Positions 8,145 through 16,141 of a stretch of 30,903 bases of DNA are shown one piece after another. The stretch covers positions 1 to 30,903 of the forward strand of contig CAZPQW010000032.1 of the NCBI GenBank assembly GCA_964588985.1. Reading direction: 5' to 3'. The notes under the pieces were generated by a model. That model saw only the letters and a list, made by a program, of their open reading frames with translations, was not told the origin of the DNA and ran no database searches. Positions within the stretch are counted from its first letter, which is position 1. Every line of letters starts with the position of its first letter. This DNA is from an uncultured Solirubrobacteraceae bacterium. GTDB lineage: Bacteria; Actinomycetota; Thermoleophilia; Solirubrobacterales; Solirubrobacteraceae. Both the position numbers and the translations under genes were made by a program.

Positions 8145-8894
8145 ATGCACTCTGACGGCAGCGGCGCCGAGCCCGCACAGATCGTCGAAGCCCAGGATCT
8201 GCGCCGCGAATACGGCGAAGGCGAAGCGACCGTCAAGGCGCTCGACGGCGTCACGGTCGACTTCCCGAAGGCGCGCTTCACCGCGATCATGGGTCCGTCC
8301 GGGTCGGGCAAGTCGACGCTGATGCACGTGCTCGCGGGCCTCGATCGCCCGACCTCCGGCACCGTGCGCCTGGCGGGCGTCGAGCTGACGGGGCTCGGCG
8401 ATCGCGAGCTGACGCAGCTGCGCCGTGACCGCATCGGGTTCATCTTCCAGACCTTCAACCTGCTGCCGGTGCTGAACGCCGAAGAGAACATCCTCCTGCC
8501 GCTGTCGATCGCGGGGCGCAAGCCCGACCAGGAGTGGCTCGATCGGCTGATCGACACGGTCGGGATCCGCGACCGGCTCACCCACCGTCCGGCGGAGATG
8601 TCCGGCGGCCAGCAGCAGCGCGTGGCGGTGGCGCGTGCGCTGATCTCGCGCCCGTCGGTGGTGTTCGCGGACGAGCCCTCAGGCAACCTCGACTCGAAAT
8701 CCTCAGGCGACGTGCTCGACCTGCTGCGCCACGCGGTGGACGACTTCGGACAGACCGTCGTGATGGTCACCCACGACGCACACGCGGCCTCCTACGCCGA
8801 CCGTCTGCTGCTGCTCGCCGACGGGAAGATCGTGCATGACGGTGAGGCGGTCACGGCCGAGCAGGCGCTCGACCTGATGAAGTCCGTGGGCTGA
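8145..8894 (+). CDS. ABC transporter ATP-binding protein (LolD/MacB-type)
   Basis: GPSGSGKST, IGFIFQTFNL, MSGGQQQRVAVARAL, FADEPSGNLD and VTHD. The ATG at 8145 is 8 nt after TACACT. Confidence 0.93.
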   Translation: MHSDGSGAEPAQIVEAQDLRREYGEGEATVKALDGVTVDFPKARFTAIMGPSGSGKSTLMHVLAGLDRPTSGTVRLAGVELTGLGDRELTQLRRDRIGFIFQTFNLLPVLNAEENILLPLSIAGRKPDQEWLDRLIDTVGIRDRLTHRPAEMSGGQQQRVAVARALISRPSVVFADEPSGNLDSKSSGDVLDLLRHAVDDFGQTVVMVTHDAHAASYADRLLLLADGKIVHDGEAVTAEQALDLMKSVG

Positions 8895-11320
8895 TGATCG
8901 CGCTGGTGCTGAGAGGCTTCATGCAGCGCAAGCTGCGTGTCCTGCTCACCGGCATCTCGATCGCGCTCGGTGTGGCGCTGATGGCGGGCACGTACGTGCT
9001 CACCGACACCATCAACCGCTCCTTCGCGGGGATCTTCCAGGTCGCCAACAAGGGTCACGACGTGGTGATCACGCCCACGCAGGTGCTCGGGCGCCAGACG
9101 CGCGCGCAGACCTCGCCGATCACCGACCAGACGCTCGCGAAAGTGCGCGCGACCGCCGGCGTGGCGGAAGCGGCGGGCTCGATCTTCACGCCCGCCGCCT
9201 TTCTCGACACGCACCGCAAGCGCCTCACGACGGGCGGCGCTCCGGCGTTCGTCGGCTCGGAGACGCCGGCGCGCTTCGAGTCCTTCTCCGCCGTCCACGG
9301 CCGCTTCCCCTCCGACGCGAACGAGGTCGCGATCGACGAAGCGACCGCCGAACGCTCGCATCTCGCGGTGGGCGGCCAGCTGATCGTGGCCGGCTCCGCC
9401 ACCGCGAAGCGCTACACGATCGTGGGCATCCTCAAGTTCGGCGGCGGCCAGTCCTTCGGCGGCGCCGGCGCCGCGATCCTCACCCTTTCCGAGGCCCAGC
9501 GGGTGGTCGGCGAGCAGGGCCACTTCGACCAGATCGACGTGGCGGCGGGGGTGGGTGTGACGCCGAGCGAACTGCGCGATCGCATTCGCGCGGCGCTGCC
9601 GAGCACCGTCGACGTGCGCACCGGAGCCGAACAGGCCTCGAAGGAGTCCTCGGACCTGGAAAGCAACCTCGGCTTTCTGCGCACCTTCCTGCTCGTGTTC
9701 GCCTACGTCTCGCTCGTCGTCGGCGCGTTCATCATCTTCAACACCTTCTCGATCACCGTCGCCCAGCGCACGCGCGAATTCGGGCTGCTGCGCACGCTCG
9801 GAGGCTCGCGTTCGCAGATCATGCGCTCGGTGGTCTACGAAGGGCTGCTGCTCGGCGTTGTGGGGGCGGTGCTCGGCCTGCTCGGCGGGATCGCGCTCGC
9901 TCCCGGCCTCGATCAGCTGTTCAAGTCCTTCGGCGCGGACCTGCCCGACAGCGGCACCGTGATCGAGACGCGCACGATCGTCATCTCGCTCGTCGTGGGC
10001 ATCAGCGTGACGGTGCTCGCGGGGCTTGCGCCGGCGGTCCGCGCCACCCGTGTGCCGCCGCTCGCGGCGATGCGCGAGGGGGTCGAGATGTCGCATCGCA
10101 AACGCCTGTTCAGGCGGCGCTACCTGGTGATCCGGCCGCTCGCCCGCGCGATCGGCTCGCTGCTCGCCTGGCGCGGGATCACCGCGCGCCTCGCGCGCGA
10201 GAACTCGATCCGCCAGCCGGGGCGCACGCTGACGACCGCCGCGGCGCTCACCGTCGGTCTCGCGCTCGTGACGCTCGTTGCGGTGCTGGCTGCGGGGACG
10301 AAGGCGACGATCGACCAGGCCGTGAGCCGCTCCTTCGCGGGCGATCTGATCGTAGAGAACTCGCAGGTGAGCAACGAAGCGGCGATCCCGGCGCTCGTCG
10401 CACCGGCGCTTCGGAAGGTGCCGGGCGTGGCGACCGTCACGCCGATCGCGTTCACCGTGGGGCGGCTGCACGGCAGCTCGAGCAATGCGACGATCACCGC
10501 GATCGACCCGGAATCCTTCGAGCAGGCCTATCGGGTCGAATGGAAGCACGGCTCGAACGCCACGCTGCTCGCGCTGGACGGCGACGGCACGATCGTGACC
10601 GAAAGCTACGCGAGCTCGCAGCACCTGAAGGTCGGCCAGACGATCTCCGTGCTCACGCCGACCGCCCAGCACGTCTCGCTGACCGTGCGGGGCATCGCCG
10701 CCGACAAGGCGCGCCTGCTCGGCAACCTCACAATCGGCCTCTCCCTCGCGCGCTCCGCGTTCGGCCAGCGCGACGACGCCCTCGACTTCGTCTCCTACGC
10801 CAAGGGCGCCAGCAACGCCCAGGTCCAGCCGGCCGTCGACAGGCTGCTCTCGGCATCCTTCCCGCAGGCGCGCTCGCGCACCGCGGCGCAGTTCAAGCAG
10901 GACCAGTCGAACCAGATCAACACGCTGCTCGCGCTCATCTACGTGCTGCTCGCGCTGTCGGTGATCGTGTCGCTGTTCGGCATCGTCAACACGCTGATCC
11001 TCTCCATCTACGAGCGCACGCGCGAGCTGGGGATGATGCGAGCGATCGGCACCTCGCGCCGCCAGGTGCGCCAGATGATCCGCTACGAGTCTGTGATCAC
11101 CGCGCTGATCGGCGGGGTCTTCGGGTTGGTGATCGGGGTTATCGGGTCGATCATCGTTACGACATGGGCCCTGTCGGGGTCGGGCTACGTCCAGTCTTAC
11201 CCTGTCGGAACGCTCTTCATCCTGCTCGTCGTGGCGGCGTTGGCCGGTGTGCTCGCGGCGCAGTTGCCGGCGCGCAGGGCGGCGCGGCTGGACATGCTGC
11301 AGGCGCTGGCCAGCGAGTAG
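8894..11320 (+). CDS. ABC transporter permease, FtsX/MacB-like with duplicated architecture
   Basis: 808 aa with two extracytoplasmic domains and two FtsX motifs (AQRTREFGLLRTLG; ERTRELGMMRAIG). TGATG coupling to the ATPase gene. Confidence 0.92.
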   Translation: MIALVLRGFMQRKLRVLLTGISIALGVALMAGTYVLTDTINRSFAGIFQVANKGHDVVITPTQVLGRQTRAQTSPITDQTLAKVRATAGVAEAAGSIFTPAAFLDTHRKRLTTGGAPAFVGSETPARFESFSAVHGRFPSDANEVAIDEATAERSHLAVGGQLIVAGSATAKRYTIVGILKFGGGQSFGGAGAAILTLSEAQRVVGEQGHFDQIDVAAGVGVTPSELRDRIRAALPSTVDVRTGAEQASKESSDLESNLGFLRTFLLVFAYVSLVVGAFIIFNTFSITVAQRTREFGLLRTLGGSRSQIMRSVVYEGLLLGVVGAVLGLLGGIALAPGLDQLFKSFGADLPDSGTVIETRTIVISLVVGISVTVLAGLAPAVRATRVPPLAAMREGVEMSHRKRLFRRRYLVIRPLARAIGSLLAWRGITARLARENSIRQPGRTLTTAAALTVGLALVTLVAVLAAGTKATIDQAVSRSFAGDLIVENSQVSNEAAIPALVAPALRKVPGVATVTPIAFTVGRLHGSSSNATITAIDPESFEQAYRVEWKHGSNATLLALDGDGTIVTESYASSQHLKVGQTISVLTPTAQHVSLTVRGIAADKARLLGNLTIGLSLARSAFGQRDDALDFVSYAKGASNAQVQPAVDRLLSASFPQARSRTAAQFKQDQSNQINTLLALIYVLLALSVIVSLFGIVNTLILSIYERTRELGMMRAIGTSRRQVRQMIRYESVITALIGGVFGLVIGVIGSIIVTTWALSGSGYVQSYPVGTLFILLVVAALAGVLAAQLPARRAARLDMLQALASE

Positions 11321-11348
11321 CGCGCGGGATCGCCCTGGCGGCGGGTGT

Positions 11349-12812
11349 CTAAGGCGACGTGGAGACCGTCGCGACGCTGTTGCCGGCAAGCACCAGCTTG
11401 ATGCGGCCGTGCGTCGGGCTCGACCGCGTAGTCCGAACGCCGGCGCCCGTCGCGCTCAACGCTTCGATCTGCACGCTGCCCGCGACACGCAGCAGAACTG
11501 CCTGCGCCTGCGCGTGCTCGTTGTCGAGGATCAGCGTCGTGCCACCGGTCGGCGTGCCGATCCGCGTCGCCCGGAGCCGGCGAACGCCGGCGACGCTCTG
11601 CAGCGATGCGCCGACCGGAAGCCAGCGGTTGATGGCCTGCAGGGCGCTCTCCAGAGGGCGTTTTACGACTTCTTCGCCGTGCACTAAGAACGGGTCGTAG
11701 GGGCCGCCGCTGAAGTGAAAGCGCACCTCGCGGAAGCCCGTCTTCAGGGCGGAGAGCACGAACCGCACGGCCCACACCGCGGCGGCCGGACTGTCGGATG
11801 TCCCCGGCTCGCCGGCGCAGGAGGCGGAGTTCGCCTCCGAGATGATCGCGGGCAGGTGCGCGGCGTTCGCGTCCGCGACGACCCACGCGAGTCGGTGCGG
11901 GGCGTCGGCGGCGCTTTCGGAGAGCAGCCCGCCGACGGTGACCGCCCTGGGTGTGACGCACCCGCTCAACGGGTAGAGATGGACGCCCACGGTGTGCGCG
12001 TGGAGAGCTTCGATGACGTGCGGGAGCTGATGCTGCCAGTGCGTGGGCCTCGCGAGTTCCGGCCCGATCACGGGTGCGCCGCCGAGCGCCTGTTGCATGT
12101 AGGTGGCGATCTGCAGGTACAGCTGCACCGCCGCGGCTTCTTCGCCGGTCAGCGGCTTCGCCAGCGATGCGTAGTTGGGGAGGTTGTAGAGGTCCGGCTC
12201 GTTGCCGAGTGAGAAGTCGAGGCCGTTCGTCGCTGCGCCCGCTGCGCCCGCAGCCATCTGCTGTGCCCAGGCAAGCTCGCCCGTCTTCACGTTGATGCCG
12301 GCCGTGAGCGGATCTTTGGTGGCGCTCAACAGGCAGTGCAGCTGACTCCAGAAGCTCGTAGGGAGTGGATAGAGAGTGGCCGTCTGCCACGAGATCGGCA
12401 GTCCGGATAGCGCTTCGCTCGGCACGGTCATGTCCTGGCTGTCTCCAGCCAGCGCCAGCGGCGGAGATCCGAGCTGCAGCAGCTCAGTGGTCAGGGCGGG
12501 AGGAGGACACGGACCGGCGCCGAGATCCTGAGCCATCACCGAGTACTCCATCGACAGGCCGACCGGCGGCATGGCGACCTGTGCGCTCGGGCCGGTGAGG
12601 CTGCCCGTCAGCGTGACTTCCGGAGGGGGTGGAGCCTTGTGGCGCGGCTTCCCGTGCGTTGGGCTGTGCCGCTGTGGCACGTGGGATGCGGCGGCCATTA
12701 ACGTGTCCGCGCTGCCGCCGAGCCCGAGCATCGACAGTCCGAGCGCGAGCGCGAGCAGCATCGGCCGGGGAGGCCCATGTCCCGTGTGCGTTCGTCGGCC
12801 GATGGAGATCAT
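11349..12812 (-). CDS. Secreted glycoside hydrolase family 79-like (clan GH-A) protein
   Basis: Signal-like hydrophobic segment, 'VGLSMEY', acid/base 'LGNEPDLY', 'HLYP', nucleophile 'ISEANSASCAG' and 'AAAVWA'. The start at 12812 is supported by TACGGT 7 nt upstream (alternative 12761). Confidence 0.75.
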   Translation of the reverse strand: MISIGRRTHTGHGPPRPMLLALALGLSMLGLGGSADTLMAAASHVPQRHSPTHGKPRHKAPPPPEVTLTGSLTGPSAQVAMPPVGLSMEYSVMAQDLGAGPCPPPALTTELLQLGSPPLALAGDSQDMTVPSEALSGLPISWQTATLYPLPTSFWSQLHCLLSATKDPLTAGINVKTGELAWAQQMAAGAAGAATNGLDFSLGNEPDLYNLPNYASLAKPLTGEEAAAVQLYLQIATYMQQALGGAPVIGPELARPTHWQHQLPHVIEALHAHTVGVHLYPLSGCVTPRAVTVGGLLSESAADAPHRLAWVVADANAAHLPAIISEANSASCAGEPGTSDSPAAAVWAVRFVLSALKTGFREVRFHFSGGPYDPFLVHGEEVVKRPLESALQAINRWLPVGASLQSVAGVRRLRATRIGTPTGGTTLILDNEHAQAQAVLLRVAGSVQIEALSATGAGVRTTRSSPTHGRIKLVLAGNSVATVSTSP

Positions 12813-12864
12813 GCTCGGCACCGTAGCGCCCCGACCTTCCGCGGGACGGTCTAAGCTGGCGGCG

Positions 12865-14697
12865 ATGGCCACCCCAGCCACCTCCCAGCCGAGCGACCCC
12901 GAGCTCGAGGCGACCGCCTGGGACCTCGAGCCGCTCGTCGACGGCGAGGGCCAGGCCGGTGTCGAGCCACGCATGGCCGCGGCGCTCGCGCGCTCGCAGG
13001 CATTCGCCGAGCGCCACGCGGGCAAGCTCGGAGAGCTGGACGGAGCGGGGCTTCGCGAGGCGATGCAGGAGCTGGCCGCGATCCACGAACTCGTGGGCCG
13101 CGCGGGCTACTACGCAGCGCTGCGCTTCTCCACCGACACCGCCGATCCGGCCAACGGCGCGTTGCTGCAGCGCGTGCAGGAGCAGGAGACGGCTATCCAG
13201 ACGACACTGCTGTTCTTCGAGCTGGAGTGGGCTGCACTGGAGGACGAGCGCGCCGAGGAGCTGCTCGCCGCCGATGGCCTGGACTTCTGCCGCCACCATC
13301 TGCGCAACGTGCGTCGCTACCGCGAGCACCTGTTGAGCGAGCCCGAGGAGAAGATCCTCGCGGAGAAGGGGCTCACGGGGGCGAACGCGTGGACGCGCCT
13401 GTTCGAGGAGCTGACCTCCGCGATCGAGGTACAGCTGCCGGCGAGCGATGGCAGCGGCGAGGGCGAGAAGCTCGCGCTGGACGTGGCGCTCAGCCGCCTG
13501 TCGCTCGCCGACCGAGAGGCCCGCAGGACGACCGCCGAGGCTGTCAGCGGGGCTCTCGCCCCGGGGCTGCGCACGCGAGCCTTCCTCTTCAACACACTCC
13601 TCGCGGACAAGGCCACCGACGATCGGCTGCGCCACTACCCGCACTGGCTGGCAGCTCGTAACCTCGCCAACGAAGCGAGCGACGAGTCGGTGCAGGCGCT
13701 GATCGAGGCGGTGCGGGGACGCTACGAGATCGCGCGCCGCTGGTATCGACTGAAGGCGAAGCTGCTCGGCGTCGAGCGTCTCGCCGACTACGACCGTATG
13801 GCGTCGGTGACGGAGGACGAGGTCGAGTTCCCGTTCTCCCAGGCGCGCGAGATCGTGGTCGACTGCTACCACTCGTTCTCTCCAGTGCTGGGCGAGCTCG
13901 CGGCGCGCTTCTTCGCTCATCGACGGATCGACGCGCCGGTTCGCCCGGCCAAGCGCGGCGGCGCTTTCTGCGCGGCGGCGGTGCCGGCGGTGTTCCCGTA
14001 CGTACTGCTCAACTACACCTCGCGCAGGCGCGACGTGCTGACGCTCGCGCACGAGCTCGGCCACGGCGTGCACTTCGCGCTCGCCGCCCGTCAGGGCGTC
14101 TTCCACCAGCACACGCCGCTGACGCTCGCCGAGACCGCGTCTGTGTTCGGCGAGACGATCGTGTTCGGGCGCCTGCTCGCCGAGGACTCAACGCCCGCCT
14201 CGCGTTTGGCGCTGCTCGCGGAGAACCTCGAGGACACCATCGCCACGGTCTTCCGCCAGGTCGCGATGAACCGCTTCGAGGACCTGGTCCACACCGCGCG
14301 GCGGGAGGAGGGCGAGCTGTCGGTCGAGCGCTTCGGCGAGCTGTGGGCGGAGAGCCAGGGCGAGATGCTCGGCGACTCGGTCGAGATCACCGACGGCTAC
14401 CGCAGCTGGTGGTCCTACATCCCGCACTTCATCGGCAGCCCCGGCTACGTGTACGCGTACGCCTACGGGCAGCTGCTCGCGCTGTCGGTCTACCAGCGCT
14501 ACGAGCAGACCGGCCCCGACCTCGTGCCGCGCTACCTGGAGATGCTCGCCGCCGGCGGCTCGCGCAGCCCCGAGGAGCTTGGCGCAATCGTCGGCGTGGA
14601 CCTCTCAGACCCCGGCTTCTGGGACGCGGGGCTCGATCTGGTCGAGCGGCAGCTCGAGGACGCCGAAGCGGCGGCGGAGGCGGCTGGGCGGATCTAG
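12865..14697 (+). CDS. M3 family oligoendopeptidase (PepF/M3B-like)
   Basis: N-terminal 'WDLEPL', KRGGAFC, zinc motif AHELGHGVH, third ligand LAETASVFGE, and HF...YVYAYAYG. The ATG at 12865 is 7 nt after TAAGCT. Confidence 0.93.
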   Translation: MATPATSQPSDPELEATAWDLEPLVDGEGQAGVEPRMAAALARSQAFAERHAGKLGELDGAGLREAMQELAAIHELVGRAGYYAALRFSTDTADPANGALLQRVQEQETAIQTTLLFFELEWAALEDERAEELLAADGLDFCRHHLRNVRRYREHLLSEPEEKILAEKGLTGANAWTRLFEELTSAIEVQLPASDGSGEGEKLALDVALSRLSLADREARRTTAEAVSGALAPGLRTRAFLFNTLLADKATDDRLRHYPHWLAARNLANEASDESVQALIEAVRGRYEIARRWYRLKAKLLGVERLADYDRMASVTEDEVEFPFSQAREIVVDCYHSFSPVLGELAARFFAHRRIDAPVRPAKRGGAFCAAAVPAVFPYVLLNYTSRRRDVLTLAHELGHGVHFALAARQGVFHQHTPLTLAETASVFGETIVFGRLLAEDSTPASRLALLAENLEDTIATVFRQVAMNRFEDLVHTARREEGELSVERFGELWAESQGEMLGDSVEITDGYRSWWSYIPHFIGSPGYVYAYAYGQLLALSVYQRYEQTGPDLVPRYLEMLAAGGSRSPEELGAIVGVDLSDPGFWDAGLDLVERQLEDAEAAAEAAGRI

Positions 14698-16052
14698 TGG
14701 AAGTCAGGTTTCGAGTCGACTGACGCGTGGGGGGTGCCGCTGCTGTCGAGCAGTACCAGGTGAACCACGTAGTCGCCGCGTTCAGGCGGCACCGGCACCC
14801 AGAATGTCCCGGCGAGGGACTCGTGGCTGACGACTGGTTCTATGTGTGCCACGACAACGTCTCGCCACCAGGGCTTGGGCGGCGGGCGCCGTCCGCCCGT
14901 CGCGAACAACGACCACTCGAGCGTGGCTTTCTTGTGAGCGAAACCGTCGAGGTTGATCGTGTAGCTCACCATCGCCCCGATCGGATAGAGGCGCCGTCCG
15001 ACAACTTCCGCGCGCGAGTCGTTGAAAATCGCCGCCACGGCTTCCGCGGCCGTCACTGGGTTTGGGTCGTATGTCAGCGCCTTGTCGATCTCCTGGGTGG
15101 CGCCGCAGAGGGAGCTGCAGGATTTCGGAAGCACCACCTGCCGTGGCACGGGGATCGGCTCCGGCAATGGTGCACCGGATTTCTCTTGTTTCGAGGTCGG
15201 TGGTGGCGTTGTTGTCGTCGAGGTGGTCGACGATCCTTCGCCTTCAGCGCCCTGCGACGGCGTCTCGGTTTCCGTGGTGCCGATGTTCGACAGTGCACCG
15301 AGGACTGCATTCACCGTGCTCTGTGAGGCGCCGGTGCCGTTGGTGACTCTTGCTCCCGCCACCTGGTGAAACGTCTGTTTGGGTGGCGAAGCGCTTGGGG
15401 TTTCCGGCACCGTATGCGTTTGCACGGGGAATGGGACCACGGATTTCGTCGTCACGATCCTGCCGCCCACGCGCCTGACTCCTACGTGCGGGAGGCGTTT
15501 CGCGGGCAGCTGTTTGGTGGTGGTAGGGCTTGCGGTGGTTGTGGCGGGCACTGAGATCGGCGGTGAAGCTTTGCTGCTGGCTTGAACGACGCTGTTCGAT
15601 ATCGGGGGCGCTTTGTTTGTGCTTGTGGGCGTGACCGGCTGCGATATCGACGAGGTGGTCTGCGCCGTCGTCGTGTCGGCTGTCAGCCGATAGGCGATCA
15701 CCATTCCAGTCTTGACCGTGGAGGGAGCGCCCGTGAGGACACCTTCCGCTTTGACACGGGCGTCGTACTGTTCGAGGCTGAATTCCGGGTAGGCCTTCAC
15801 GGCGCTGAAGCTGGCGTCGAGGGCTTCCGGCCCAGACGGTTTGTCAAAGAGCCCTGAGACCCCGCTGACCGCGCTTGTCAACGTCACGACAGCGGCCGCG
15901 GAGGTAAGGATGCGTCGCTGGGTGCCGAACAGGATCTCCTTGATCCTCTGTATGCGCGTCTGGTCACGCCGAGAGGAGTGCCCGTGTTGCGCGTTCGAAC
16001 GGCGTGACCCACGTCCAGACCGCGGCTTTCGTGGTTTCCTGTGCGACGCCAT
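14694..16052 (-). CDS. Orphan hypothetical protein (452 aa): basic N-terminus, one hydrophobic segment, Thr/Pro/Ser-rich region, C-terminal beta-rich domain
   Basis: It is the only long ORF filling the gap. It has a coherent domain-like layout and its own promoter, with lower GC and more A/T-ending codons than its neighbours. Confidence 0.75.
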   Translation of the reverse strand: MASHRKPRKPRSGRGSRRSNAQHGHSSRRDQTRIQRIKEILFGTQRRILTSAAAVVTLTSAVSGVSGLFDKPSGPEALDASFSAVKAYPEFSLEQYDARVKAEGVLTGAPSTVKTGMVIAYRLTADTTTAQTTSSISQPVTPTSTNKAPPISNSVVQASSKASPPISVPATTTASPTTTKQLPAKRLPHVGVRRVGGRIVTTKSVVPFPVQTHTVPETPSASPPKQTFHQVAGARVTNGTGASQSTVNAVLGALSNIGTTETETPSQGAEGEGSSTTSTTTTPPPTSKQEKSGAPLPEPIPVPRQVVLPKSCSSLCGATQEIDKALTYDPNPVTAAEAVAAIFNDSRAEVVGRRLYPIGAMVSYTINLDGFAHKKATLEWSLFATGGRRPPPKPWWRDVVVAHIEPVVSHESLAGTFWVPVPPERGDYVVHLVLLDSSGTPHASVDSKPDFH

Positions 16053-16107
16053 GCCCCCAGATGCCCTCTTGACGGCTGGGCAGACCGATCAATTAGTGAA
16101 CAAGATC

Positions 16108-16136
16108 AGCCTATAGGAACTTTTTCAGCGTGTCAA
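16108..16136 (-). promoter_or_regulatory. Near-consensus housekeeping-sigma promoter TTGACA-N17-TAGGCT for the orphan ORF
   Basis: Minus strand reads TTGACA (16136-16131), a 17-nt spacer cgctgaaaaagttccta, then TAGGCT (16113-16108). Confidence 0.75.
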
Positions 16137-16141
16137 TTGCT

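Noticed and set aside
8093-8770. Apparent 226-aa N-terminal extension or fusion on ThyX
   Set aside because: It is the antisense of the ABC ATPase. The start at 8092 has its own -10 and gives a normal ThyX length.
11090-11260. T-richer codons at the 3' end of the FtsX permease (possible recombination patch)
   Set aside because: The stretch is short and encodes hydrophobic helices; it cannot be separated from noise by eye.
8792-11389. 865-aa minus-strand ORF
   Set aside because: Shadow of the FtsX permease; composition is not protein-like.
5997-12812. ASST, ABC exporter and GH79 as one sulfated-glycan or glucuronide system
   Set aside because: They are separate transcription units in mixed orientations, interrupted by thyX, with no shared motif. 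Conserved synteny would be needed to support it.
12484-14112. 542-aa minus ORF and apparent head-to-head overlap of the GH79 and M3 ORFs
   Set aside because: Shadow ORF. With starts at 12812 and 12865 the genes are simply divergent with a 52-bp spacer.
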